Origin: Psammoneis japonica
Taxonomy: Eukaryota
Length of the DNA: 64,000 bases
Reading direction: 5' to 3'
Assembly (NCBI GenBank): GCA_008632985.1
Contig: QPGO01000061.1
Coordinates: 124,001 to 188,000, forward strand
The notes beneath the pieces were generated by a model. That model was not told the origin of the DNA, ran no database searches, and worked only from the letters and a program-made list of their open reading frames with translations. This document shows, piece by piece, positions 48,801 to 61,300 of the stretch (its first letter is position 1; each line of letters opens with the position of its first letter). Position numbers and translations under genes: made by a program.

Positions 48801-50760
48801 GTGTGGAATCACGCTGCCATCGTGGGCCAGACGACGGGCCAGTGTGCTTCACACGGATGCTCTCTCAGCATCCTTCTGGAATTGCCTGAGACCTGGAGCC
48901 ACGCCCTCCTGTGGTCGTGCTTCCCAGGTGCGTGTTAACAACACTGCGTTGCCACGTGCAAGAGGCTTGTGCACGGTCTCGCCGTGTTGTCCAGCAGCGA
49001 GGCACACTGCACGTGGTGACTGGGGCAATTGCGAATGCGACAAGAACTGCCTTCATGCAGAATGCCCATGTCTGGAGTGCCTTCCGGACTGGTCATTCCT
49101 CGGACTCGAGATCCTCGATGATTGAGGCCAGAGCATTGGCGCAGGGTGCTTTCTTGTTGGAGTCTTTTGTTCTGCTTTCGGATTCTTGAGTGCTTTGCGA
49201 AGTCGACAACCTTTGTCTCCCGGATCATCAGGTGAGTGAGCCACCCAAGCAGAGTGGTGCTTGCACCAACAATGGTCTCGTCCCTTCTGACTCTTGTGAT
49301 GACACTTGTGCCCGTTGACAGTCTTCGCAGGGTCGCTGTCCTTTGGCGGAGTCTTCTTCCAGGCTTCATCCTGTTTCTTGGCGTGCTTCGGGTTCTTGCT
49401 TTTGTTCTTGGAGTTCTGCTTGCCACCACCTCCCTTGGACTTGCTGGGACCACTCTTGAGAGCCTTGGAGAGCTTGAGGTTGTAATCCTTGATGGTCTCC
49501 ACTTCCGTGGTGAGTGCAACAATCCTTTCCTGCTCAGGAGAGAGTGCTCCCCACTTGTCTGCTCGATCGAGGTTCGTGCACTTGTTGAGTGCTAGCTGCA
49601 TGACTTGTTCCGGGTTGCAGTCCTCACCATCATCATGCTTCTGTTCCATGTCAGCCGTGCACTTGACAAATGCTTGATTGCTGGCTGCTGTGTGTCCTTT
49701 GAACAGGTTGACCACAAGGTCATCGCAGTCTTCTCCCCTGGCTCTGAGTCCGTCATGGTTGAGTTTGACGCACTTGTTGAACTCCTCGATGTTCGAGTTG
49801 CAGGTCGACATGTGTGAGTCAAGGCTGGACAAGTTCTCGCGGAAGCAGTTTGCGGTTGAGCGAGTGTCCACGATGGCCTTCTGAGCAGGCAGTTTAAAGA
49901 ACAGTGCACTGACTTGTGCTCCGTTGATCTTGTGTTGCTTGCTTTCGGCGATGATCTTGTCTCCAGCTTCCACAGTTAGGGTCTGAGAGATTGCCTCAGC
50001 CATTTGGACTTGGTTCTGGGCTTGCCTTGACTGAGCAGCCATGCAGGCAGTGGCGTGGTCGCGCACGTTTTGTGCAGCAAGTCTGCCACACTTGGTGATC
50101 AAGTCTTGATCGATTCCATTGCTGTCGGGGATCGATGTGATGTTTCCCGTTCCTGACTTCCATCCTGACTCAGAATTTGTTGAGACCTTCAGAGTCTCCA
50201 TTGAACTCGTGAGGCAGTGGAGCTGTAGCAGCACTCCAGAGCTTGAGACCTTGCAAGACGCCGCAGTCCATCCAGTCATCTGGACGGTGCTGACCAGGGG
50301 TCAATGCGAATGTGGGTCCTGCAGCAGGTGCTGCAGGAGGAACCGGAGGCACTGGAGGTGCTGGAGGTGCACCTCCTCCACCACCGCCTCCACCACCACC
50401 ACCTCCTGGAGGGACTGGTGGAACCGGTGGAACTGGTGGTGTTGGCATGGGTGCGCCTGCTGGAGTGGCAGCAGGGGCAGCAGCGGGAGCTGCAGCAGGA
50501 GCTGAAGCAGGAGCTCCAGTTGCAGCAGACGAGGTGCGGGTGGCCACCATTGTTGGGTGGTTTTGGGTCTCGATCAACAGCTGGCTTGAAACCGAAGTTG
50601 CAAAGAAGCAGGTCACAGAGGAAGCGTGTGGGATTCTACCTGGGATGCAGGTCCCATCTGTAGAATGTGCTGCTGACAATCAGTGCAAGGCACTAAAAGC
50701 CAGCAAAACAGCAATGAGTTGTCTCACCAACTCGTGCTTGGTTGAAACCATGAGCTGAAA
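48800..50760 (-). mobile_element. CoDi-type Ty1/copia gag relic
   Basis: ORFs 50170-50679 and 49053-50279 (frameshifted): TFALTPGQ...GLKLWSAATAPL...VVNLFKGH...WCKHHSAWVAHSPDD..C. Confidence 0.65.
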
Positions 50761-51299
50761 CTAATCTAAAAGTGAGTCTCTCATTTTGTGACAATGCCAC
50801 ATCAGAAAACAGACATTCTTCGAATGTCACTCATGCAGAATGTGCACTGAGAGTCATGGCGCAAGTTCGTCACTTGAACTGTCCTTTCCGATGTCCAACT
50901 CAGCCGCGTGGAAATTCCAAGAAGATTGGACATCCTGAGATGTCCACAGTCATGCTAAATTGTCACAACCTGAAAACCAGGACATGGAGTTGCTTGTTTG
51001 TGAACACTCTCTTCATCTTGTTTCTCTTCTCCACAAATCTGGACCCACTTTTTCCCTCCTCTCACCTTCTTCTTGGCGGGCAACTTCTGTTGACAATTTA
51101 TCGTGGCAAGGCAGAGACGACAGAGTTTTGACAATGCACTCAGTTTCAAAAACAATGTGCACCACTGGGATCATTCCTTTTTGTGCCACGACTCAGCTTT
51201 TGCGTTTTTGGTTGGTTGATGCAAACGCGACTTGTCTGTTGTCGATCCCGTCTGACCGTGGCCACCTGAAAATTTTTCACCGCGAAATTTTTTTCTTTT

Positions 51300-52290
51300 T
51301 TTTCTCATGGAACAAATCCACCATGGCGACATCTCAAGCAGTTCCAATGGGCCGTTGCGGCCTCTCCATGAACCAATGTGGAACATTCTACAAGAACGGT
51401 GCTTCGTGCAGAATTGCCAAGAAGATGGAGGTCACTGCTGTCTTCTCTGTCAACTCAAAACACCTGGTGACTGTCCTTCAGAGCGGAAACTTGCCAAACA
51501 TGCCAAAGTTTCCCGCGGCTTTGCAAAGAAAGTCATCAATGAAATGGAACAAGGGGCATCAACAGATCCCTTGAAAACAAAGAGGCGGTCTGGGGGTGTT
51601 GGATCTCGGCTCTTTGTGGAGACAGATGAAGTTGTTTCATTGAAGTTGTGATGTGAACGACCAACTCGCAGCCTCCAAAGCTGTCGCAGGCAGCTTTTTT
51701 GATGCACAGGAATGTTGGAGTCGGAAATGATGATCTGTCATTGGTTTCTACATTGGTTTGAAATCAAGGGTGGAATGCGGAAGTCAAATCTTGTCCCTTT
51801 TGACAAATTTGCTCCCGAGAACATTGTTCGTACGATGGAACACAAGAGTGTCATTGCCGAAATGGATCCTTGGCGGATCAAGTTTGGTGATGAGAAGCAC
51901 TTGATGGGTGAAGAGCTTGTTGATCGCAAAGTGCGTCATTGTCCAATGACTGGCATTGTTGAGGACATTGTCATTGATCCAGATTTCCAAAATGAGCACA
52001 CAATCATTGGAATCTGTGGAATCGACAAGGAGGTGCCCGTGTTTGATTGCTGCCTGCATGATGGAACCAACAATGCTGACACCTTCTCTTCCTACATTGA
52101 GTTGTGTGCAGCAAGGGGATGTCTCCGATCGGAGATGTGTTGGTGCTCGATGGTGCTTTGATTCACCTCTGTCGCGAGTCGGAATCTCTCGATGAGTGGC
52201 TTTTCAATGAGTTTGGAATCTTGCTTCTATTCCCACCTGCTTGCTCCCCCAAGTTGAATCCCACAGAGAAAATGTGGCTTGCGCCAGCAC
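51300..52290 (+). mobile_element. IS630/Tc1-mariner-like DDE transposase relic
   Basis: KFGDEKH (first D), GDVLVLDGALIH (second D) and LFPPACSPKLNPTE (degenerate LPxYSPELNPIE), across frameshifts. Confidence 0.75.
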
Positions 52291-53043
52291 TCAGCAGCAA
52301 AGTGCAACACAAGGACAACCTTGTTGCAGTGGTCCGAGTCTCAAAATCAAAGTGACAGTCAAGAAAAGGAGGGGTCAAGCACAAAATGCAAAAAATGGCA
52401 CCTCAAAAATGTGGGTCTGCAACAATGGTGAGTGCTTGTCACTGCATGCACAGCAGACTTGTTCCAGACTCAGGTGGCGTGCTCATGCCCCTTTTCGCAC
52501 AAAAATCAAACATTTTGTGCTTCATTCAACATCAAACAAATTTAACTTAAATGCTGACACTGATGGCTTTTAATTAAACTTGACAGATGAATTCCAAGCC
52601 AACCAACAGCCAAAACAGCCGTGGCTTTCAGCACCCATGACGGCCGCTTTTTCAACCTCGTGGAACATTTGATGACATGACAAGGACCCCACAGCATTTT
52701 GCACAGTCCATGTGTCATCAATGAATGTGATGAAAATGCTTGTTGCAGGCTGCAGCACAGCACAAGCAGACAAATCTGTAAGCAACAACAAAAAATTGAG
52801 CCTCATTTCCTCACTCACAATTTGCCTTTGGGGGCAAGTGCTTTTCCACTGCTTGTGTGCATTTCCTCGACGAATGAAGGTTTCTTGAGGGAGCGAGCAT
52901 GCCGCCTAAACGAAATAGACTTTGCTGATGTGGCGATCATCCACACGATGATGAGCGCTAAAGACGATCTGCCGCTGCATCTTGTTTTACGTTGCGCTGT
53001 TCCTGCAAGTTGCCAGGTTCACAATTGCACTGTCGTAATCACC

Positions 53044-54015
53044 ATGGTGAAATATTTCTTTCCCTTTCTGAGCGCCGTTCTCGTTATTGCTGGCAGTACG
53101 AGCAAGAGTTCATCATCTGTTGTCGGCTTTGAACCTGCCGCATACAAAACACACAAATCTCTCGTTAGCTTGACGAGAAAGAATGTTGTTGGAGGGACCC
53201 AATCATTCAGTGGCTCTGCTATACTCAAATCGAATCGTCACTCTGATGAAAAGTCATCTTTGAGATTGTATTCAACTGCAGACAAAAGCAGTGGAGACGG
53301 CACTATATCCTCGAAAGAATTGGACGTGGATGCTCTTGTCAAGTACGGAGTTTCCATTGCTGTTCAAATGGGTCTCCTTTATGGTGTAACCAAGGGATTG
53401 GATCTCGGTCTGGGAGCAGCAGACGTGTCTCTTCCATTCCCAGCGGCGTTTGTACTCTTTTACGGTCTTTCTCTCAAATCAAGAGTCTTTAATCCTCTCG
53501 ACAATGAGCGTCCCAACATCCAAAAAGCCTCTCAAAACAAGGGATCCGCTGGATTCAAGGATCGTGTCATGCCATCCTTTACGCCGCCGGGTTTTATTTT
53601 TCCAATTGCTTGGATTCTTGTCAATGGCCCGCTTCGAGCCTATGCTTCCGCCCTTGTCTACAGTGCAACCGGAGCTTTGGCGAGTCCAGCCATTCTCGCC
53701 TTTTTGTTTCACTTGTCGGTGGGTGACGTTTGGAACACAATCAACAATACCGAACAACGATACGGAGCGTCGGCCACAACGGTTCTCGCCGTTTGGGCGT
53801 CGGCAGCCTATGCGGCATTCATGTACAGCCAAGTGGATCCACTGGCGGGCAAACTATTGGGAGGAACACTTGTTTGGTTGACGCTTGCTTCCTCTCTAGT
53901 GATTACCACCTGGCGGATCAATCCTGATGATGAAGGAAAGCTGGACACACTCTATCCTGCCCAAGGTGAAACCAAGACAGAGTTTGCATGGTTTAAGAAT
54001 AGCGCGGAAGACTAG
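53044..54015 (+). CDS. TspO/MBR-family membrane protein with a probable bipartite plastid-targeting presequence
   Basis: Start MVKYFFPFLSAVLVIAG...VVG-FEP (ASAFAP-like) followed by a Ser/Lys-rich transit peptide. TspO motif PSFTPPGFIFPIAW, WNTIN and several TM helices. Confidence 0.85.
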   Translation: MVKYFFPFLSAVLVIAGSTSKSSSSVVGFEPAAYKTHKSLVSLTRKNVVGGTQSFSGSAILKSNRHSDEKSSLRLYSTADKSSGDGTISSKELDVDALVKYGVSIAVQMGLLYGVTKGLDLGLGAADVSLPFPAAFVLFYGLSLKSRVFNPLDNERPNIQKASQNKGSAGFKDRVMPSFTPPGFIFPIAWILVNGPLRAYASALVYSATGALASPAILAFLFHLSVGDVWNTINNTEQRYGASATTVLAVWASAAYAAFMYSQVDPLAGKLLGGTLVWLTLASSLVITTWRINPDDEGKLDTLYPAQGETKTEFAWFKNSAED

Positions 54016-54241
54016 AAACTTAAAAAAAGCTAAAAAGCAAGGTTTGATGCTAGCATATTCTAGACTTTGGCACGTTCTTTCGGTTCCCAGCACTAAAGCA
54101 TTATTGAAAAGGATTCTGATGGTTACTGTAATATCATTTTCTAGAGAACTATTGCCTCGGGGGGACTCATCCAGACGCAATCGTTGAACTATTGCCATGC
54201 GTCGCTCGTCGCTCTGCCATTCACCTTTTTTATTGTTTTTT

Positions 54242-54727
54242 TCAAAGAGAAGGTAAAGGCTGAACCAACACACATCCTTGTTCAACAATGATCCCTAATT
54301 CTTCTGCTCTGGATAATACATTTGGTGCATCCGCACCGGGTTGAATAAAACAGTATCGAATGTTCCTCTTTTTCATTTCTTCCAACACGGAGACACCCAC
54401 GCGTGGTGATACAATCAGATTGACAGCATCAATTTCTACATTGGCAGGAATATCCGAAAGCTGTCTGTACAAGTTATTATTTTCGCCGGTTTTTCGGAGA
54501 TAAGGTGAAACTCGGTACACGGTACGACCTGATTGCTCCAACCGATTCGCCACGGCAAACGCCGGTTTTGCAGTGTTGGTCACGTCTCCTACCACCGCCC
54601 ATCGCGACAAACCTTTGACACCAAGAACGGGACCCGATGATGACATTGTAAGAGATGATGAATGACCAACAAAGAGTGATAACAGTGCCAGCAGCACGAC
54701 AACTGCCGCCATTGATGAGGTCGACAT
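54242..54727 (-). CDS. CoA-binding domain protein (YccU-like) with signal peptide
   Basis: WAVVG...KPAFAVANRL...VYRVSP...LSDIP...IDAVNL...FIQPGA...GCVLV pattern; hydrophobic N-terminus. Confidence 0.82.
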   Translation of the reverse strand: MSTSSMAAVVVLLALLSLFVGHSSSLTMSSSGPVLGVKGLSRWAVVGDVTNTAKPAFAVANRLEQSGRTVYRVSPYLRKTGENNNLYRQLSDIPANVEIDAVNLIVSPRVGVSVLEEMKKRNIRYCFIQPGADAPNVLSRAEELGIIVEQGCVLVQPLPSL

Positions 54728-55369
54728 CGTCAGACTGTAGACTGTCCATCTTCATCTGCGCGCGATACGTGGAGAGCAATCTTTCATTCGTGAGCCGCGA
54801 CCACGCAGGGTGACCGCATCTGGCCAAAACGCACTGATTTTGTCTGATTCATCTTTCAGCACAAATTCTTCACAAGGTTCTTTGACCACAGCAGCTGGTT
54901 GGAGGTGTCCCTCATTTTGAGCGTGCTTCACTCACAGTCACCAAGCACAAGGAGAGGATCACTTTTGGGTGGTTAAACTCTTGGCAAAATCGGCGCTCTC
55001 AAGAGCATCACACAGGAGAGGGCAGGAGAGATGAGTCGCACAGCTGGCCCCAGACAACAGACATAAAAGAATGATGAGAGAGAGGCCACCCCAGCTCTCC
55101 TCTTTCTTTTTTGGCAGATGATGCGCAGCAATGGGGTCAGCTGTGGCAACCCAAAATGGTGGGTCAACAGTGCTGAAACATTGTTTTTCTGCTCAGTTGC
55201 TTGTGTGCATTTTCGCGCAGCAGCTGCCCACACAAGCTGCGTTTGGCACACCTGCCTGCTCTTGAAGGTTGCATCACTTGATTGATTGGTGACCCAGCCA
55301 TCTGTGTGCAACCTCTTTCTGCATCTCTTGTCCTCTCTTGCACACAATGCTGTCAGAGTGCATGCTCTG

Positions 55370-58300
55370 GTCATCAGAGGTCCGTTTCCACCATGAATTG
55401 TCGCGTGATCAGACCAGTTGACAATGTTGCAGATGGCATGTGTGAGTGTCATCACATGAATTCACTTGTGATGATTCATTGCCATTTAACATGAGAATCA
55501 CTTGAAAACAAACAAATGTCCATGCAAACAAAAAATGTCTGGCAATGTCAAAAAACAGACGTCAATCCCAACAAGTGAGGTGCAACTCAACAAGTTCATG
55601 ACTCCAAACAAGTTGCTCAGCGGGATTTCACTTTGCTTGTTGTTGCCAACTGAGTGATGACCAAATGCAGTGGTGGGATTTGTTTTCAATTTTTGCTGTC
55701 AAAGTGGACTTGCATGTCAAAACAATTGTTTTCCATTGTCCCATCCATTTGTTGCATGTTTGCTGCTCTGCAATCGATTGTCAACAGTTGTGAATGCAAG
55801 CAATCGCTGCCAAGTCAATCTTGACTAAACTGCCACCAACTCCAGTTCACAGATTTTAGCACAGTTGACCTGATGGTCATCTTTGCCATCTGAGCCATCC
55901 TGTGCTTCTTCTGCCACCTGTTGATCTTGCTTGGTTGCAACAGCTCTGCAGAGCTGTTCCCACTGGCCGAGGCACCCCCACTTGCAACATCTTGCTTGAT
56001 CTCCAGGACCATTTAAACAAAGAACTTGTTGGTCTTTGGCAACCACCCTTTGCTCTTCCTTTTTATCTTGCACTTCCTTGGTCCTGTGTTTCTGTCTGTG
56101 TCTTTTGGCTTTGCTGCCGTGAAATGCTTGAGTGTCCTGACAACCTTTCTCTTCTTGCTGGATGCACTTGCATTGCTTTGGCTGTCAATGAGTGCTTTTG
56201 CAGCCTTGGCCAGACCTGTCACTCATGCTGCAGTCTTTGGCTCATCTCTGATTTTCTTGACCATTGCTTCCCATTTTGCAATGGATTCTTCCCTTGTGTT
56301 CTCAAACTTCTGTTTCAGTTCTTGCACCGACAAACCTTCCTCCTCCAACGGCTCTTCTGGTGGATCTTTCCAGAGCAGCACAAACATGCTCAGGTCCTGG
56401 TTGTCCTTCTCCTTGGCTGTCACGAGGTCTGGCATGATGGTCTTGCACAAGTCATTGCTTCCCTCTTTGTCCATCATGCCTCCATTGTCAAAGTCCTGTC
56501 CTTGTTTTGGCTCTTGCAGTTGGCATGCCATGCACCACAGTTGTTCTCTCAAGGAGCATGTGGGCAAACACCTTGGTGTGTGCTGTGCCCATCCTCTTGT
56601 CCTTGGCAATGCACTCTTTCCAGTGTGCACCTCTGACAATTGGGTGCAGCATGCAGTCACAGAACTCTGTCTGCAAAGCTGTGTTTCCCAAGCAATCTTG
56701 GAATCTTTCTGCGGATGGCAAGACTCAATTGTTGTTGCCATTGCAGCATGCACAAAGAGCTTCATTCATGGCAGGGAAAGCAAGTGACAACACTGTCAGC
56801 AATTGCAATGACTGTTCTTGTTGCACCCTCCACACTTGCTGTGGAAATTGTCCTGCTGTGCCTGGCGCACATTCGACCTCTCAATTGCTGGCCACTCCTG
56901 ACACATCCTTTTTTGTTTCATCACAAGCCACAGGCAGCACAGGCATGTTGTTTGCTCTGGCTTGGGTGAATCCTGCAGCATCCTGTCCATCATCTTGGGG
57001 CTGCAATTCTGTTCACAATCCCTGCAGAGCATGTCTGTTTCCTCCATTTCCTTGTCATTGAACATCAGTGTGGCATTGAGGAACAATGTTTCCTTGACAT
57101 GCTTTCTCACCTTTTCCATGTCCTGCATCACCTTGGCATGATCCGCCATCCAATCAGTTGAGGTTGTCTGCCACTCCACAATGTCCCCATCATTCTCTGC
57201 TGCTGCCGCCGTGTTTTTTTTTTTGGTGTGTGCTGAAGCACACTGAAGTGAGGTGATGGGTGAGGTTGAGTCTTGCAAATGATGTGCACACAACAGTTGT
57301 CTTTCTTCCTTCAATGTGTTTTTTTGCTTGCCTGAATGGGGTCTTTTCCCCACATTTTTTTATTTGGCTGGACATCTGCATTCAAATTTAAACAGATCCT
57401 CTCTCTCTCCAATTTAAAATGTTTCATCATCAATGTCTGAACATGTGTTTGCCATGATGTCCAATGTCTTTTTACAGCTGACTCTCTAATGGCTGTTGCC
57501 GCCATTCCAAGTGACTCCCACTCAAACATCAATCAAGTCTTCACTCAACAACTTGATTCAAAAATCAATCTGACACCTGCACACCAACAAATGGTTGTGA
57601 ACAAGAAAAAAATTGTCTCACCTGGCTTCTGCCAATGCCGGCAAAATGCACCCTGTCCAGTGTGTCTGCCACAACTCAATTGAGCCAGCTGTTTTTGTTT
57701 TCCAAGAACAGTGAGTTGTTTGTCAGTTGTCCGTTTCTGCCTCTGAGAAAGACAAAGCAGCAAATCCCAGCACGGACTTCAATGCAGACAATGACCCACC
57801 CAGCTTCCCACCCGCAGAAGACCCGGAGCTTTTTCCCACACCCAATGAGAAAGCAGAGGAGGAGGAGGACAAATGTGATGACAATTCCTCACATTGCAAA
57901 ATGTTCCCTGGCACTCTTGCTGCATCTTTGTCCTCTCCTCTGGATGAGACATCTGAAGAATCCACCCTCCCCCCAGATCCACCCACTGTCCCTCCCACCA
58001 CTGCCAACTTGGATCCCTTGCATGGGAAGGCACCTGATCCACCAACCTTTTCACTCACAGAGGAAGCTTTGCCAGAGCTGATCACTCCATGTGACAATTT
58101 TGGCGCCACTCGTCAACTTCACAGTCAGTTGCTCACCCTGTTGCAATGATTTTGCAAGAAGTGGAGTTTCAGTTGTTCCTGGTGTTGTGGGCGGGACTTG
58201 TTGGTGAAGAAACTCCACAAGAAGCTTTTCCTGCCCCAACCCGACACTTGCATCATTGGCAGATGGGAAGTCACTTGCCTCCTCATGCTGGACATGTTGA

Positions 58301-61300
58301 GAGATTTGCTCACCCACTCAATGTTCAATGACGAGCACAATGTCAATGTGAACAAGTCCATGCAGGCATGTTTCCACAAGCCACCAAACTTTTTGCTGGC
58401 AGAGGAAGCTTCACTGGAGCTGATCACATTGGGGGACAATTCTGTTGCCACTTGCAACCAGCACAATCTCAACATCAACAAGTCCCCACAGGCGCGTTTC
58501 CACAAGTTTGTTCCTGTTGACGACTGTGATCTCCGCATGATCATGTCCAACAAATGGTGCTCCAACACATGCGATGACCTCCCCAAGGACTTTGACTGCA
58601 AGAAAGACTTGCTCTTGCCAATTGGCTTGTGCGCTGATCAGACTGGGACTGATGCCTGTCAAGGGAGTCCCCTCAAACCCTGATTGTTTTGTGTTCTTCT
58701 TGCCAAGAGGCATGTGTGGGAGCGTGATTGTGCTTGGCGTCACCTCGGGTTCATGCCAAGCATGGACAAGGGTGAGGTCAGTTGCTCACTTGACAAGAAC
58801 GGCAACATGAGCAAAGATGGACAAGCAGTTGAGTCTTCTTCATCAAACATACAAGCTTGCCACGACATGTTGTCTTTTCTTTTGGAAGATTTGAAGGCAT
58901 TGCAGGCAGAGCCTCCAATCATGAAGGTAAAAGTGGGTGGTGTTTGACGTGTTCCAGCCGCACGTGAACCAAATCGTGCACAAAAACGACATTTGCGCGA
59001 TTTTTGCGCGGTCCCTAACTTACGATCGAACTTTCGCCACCAAAAGTATAGATTTATACAAATATAAATGTTTTGCAACACTAACAAGACTCGTGTGAGT
59101 GTTGCAATGTCATTGTTATTGTGCTATCTATGTTTTTCAGTGCGTTAAAAGATTCGTAACACAACGGATGATTTTCGGCGAAAATATTGCCGTTATTTGG
59201 ATGTTACCTAAATATATTTTTCTACGATGATACTTGGTAGGTTTTCTACCTACAAAGAAATCTCAGTATAAATCCACTGACGTACAATCAGTATTGAGTC
59301 TACTGAGGAAGTTTATGATACATGTCCTATGAGGATTTGAATACCACTCAAAAAACTATTTAAGTGTTCATACTCTAGAAGCCTATAAAAGTCAATCCGT
59401 CTAAGTATTTTTATTAAAATGCTATATACACTAAAATATACATAAATTATATTCAAAATCCGATTGTCGTTTTGTGCGTCACCTGGGACTGGAACACGTC
59501 GTTTGCCGGCTCATGCGCACCCTCCTTGTGCAAGGGCCAACATTCAGGGACCAGAAGTCACAAGACTTTGTTTGCAGATGGAAAGCAACCAATGGTGGAG
59601 GTGCCGCATTGCCTCTGCATGTGTTCTGCCAATGATGTTACAAACACCTCCCGCCCAACCAATGAGCTTGGTCTTTCTTTTTCTCTGGTCAATGTGAAGA
59701 TTGTGTCCCGTCTTGATCATTTTGCAAGGACAGTCCATTGGATGGCTGCCTCAAGAGGCAACAAAGGCTTGCAGCAGCTGTTCTTTTCCATCCGCACATG
59801 CACTGGCTGAGAAATGCCTTTGACGGTGTCAACTTTGGAAGCAATCCATGGGGTGTGTTGTGGCTGACAACCACCTTTGTTCCTGGGAAGCCGGTGGTGC
59901 AGAGAATGTTGTGCATCCCAAAAAAAAAGGTGGATCTGTTGGCCATGCAGGAATCATGTGATGGGGAGGATGTTGCAGTTCAAAATCTGCACCAGTTCTC
60001 TAACCCATTTAGAGTTGTGTCATGAAGCACCATCAGAGGAAACCAACAATCAAGGGAGCCAGACACACGGGTGCAACATCATCCAACATGAAGACCTGCT
60101 CTTCTTTCTTGGAGCATGTTCTTTGCCGCCATGCATTTTGTCACTGCTCGCACAGACTTCTGGGGCAGTGATGCACAAGGATCATGCCATGATTCACTTT
60201 GGGATGAAGCAAGTGGTTGGCCAGCACATGGACACCATCCCATGCTGTGGCAACAACTTGGCCGCAGACTTTGACATGGGAAAGGTTGAAGCCCAGAACC
60301 ACAAGGACTTTCATCATTCATTGCTTGGTGACAACATGCAATCATGCACATCAACGGGTGAGAGACTGTAGAAAACCAAAGCAAAGAAGATTTCCAAGAT
60401 GGTGCAGAAGTGCGGTGAGGCCACTTTCCTCCAACAGACTTGCAAACAAATTTGTGAAGCCCTTCTGGTGTGCGGAAGGTGTGTGGACAAGACAGCCATG
60501 CAGAAGTTGGGAGACAAAAGGTCACATCACGTGGTCTTGCAGATGATGCATCCTCTGTTGCCAATGAGGATGGAGAATCCAAGGTTGCCAGACGCGTGCC
60601 ATGCTTTTTCTTCTGGCACGATTGTTTTGACAATGTGTTGTCACTCAATTGACACGTCAACAAAAGCCCGACCAACATGGAAATGGGTGCACCATGCTGA
60701 GCTTTCCTGGGAGCCATCCAAGAACTGTGGCCAAACCAAACAAGGTTTCACACATGGAACAAAGCAAAACTTTCCAATGGTGACTGCCTCTGAGCTTGCC
60801 CAGAGCACTGCTCCAAAGAGGGCCCATGGTTTGGCTTGGCAGAAGTCAATTTTGACATGGACGATGCATCCAGCAAGCCACACCCTGCCCATGTTGTTGG
60901 TTTCTACAAGGAATCCAAAGGGTTTGCCAAGGCAATTGTTCACTCTGTTGACTGTGAGTTGGCATCTGCCTGGGCAACTGAGTCAGATTTCGGGAACACA
61001 AGATTGTTCACTCGTTGTGCACAAGAATTTTAATCATCCAGAAGACCGTTGATGTGGAACCTTTGCATTCATTTGATGTGGTGCGACATTTCCTGTTGCA
61101 CATCACAGCAATGCAAAGACCCACCCCCCAAGTGCACAACAAAAACCAGAGGAGGGAACACAGAGTGATGGTGGTCAAACCCCTCTTGGACTGGGCAAAG
61201 ATCTTTCATGCATGAATGGACCAGGGAAATGACATCAAGAGAGGACAGCGCTGAGGGCACTGACAAGTGCATCTTTCAGAGCGATTGCCATGCAGACAAT

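Noticed and set aside
52699..53043. N-terminal 115 codons of the 438 aa TspO ORF
   Set aside because: They run out of TA-depleted repeat DNA. The signal-peptide start at 53044 is far more plausible.
58946..59500. Classical RIP (CpA->TpA) creating the TA-rich MITE copy
   Set aside because: The pair alone is ambiguous. However, conserved Tyr->Cys/His changes in TE proteins, the higher CpG content of this copy and its later insertion into a depleted host all point to TA loss as the derived state.
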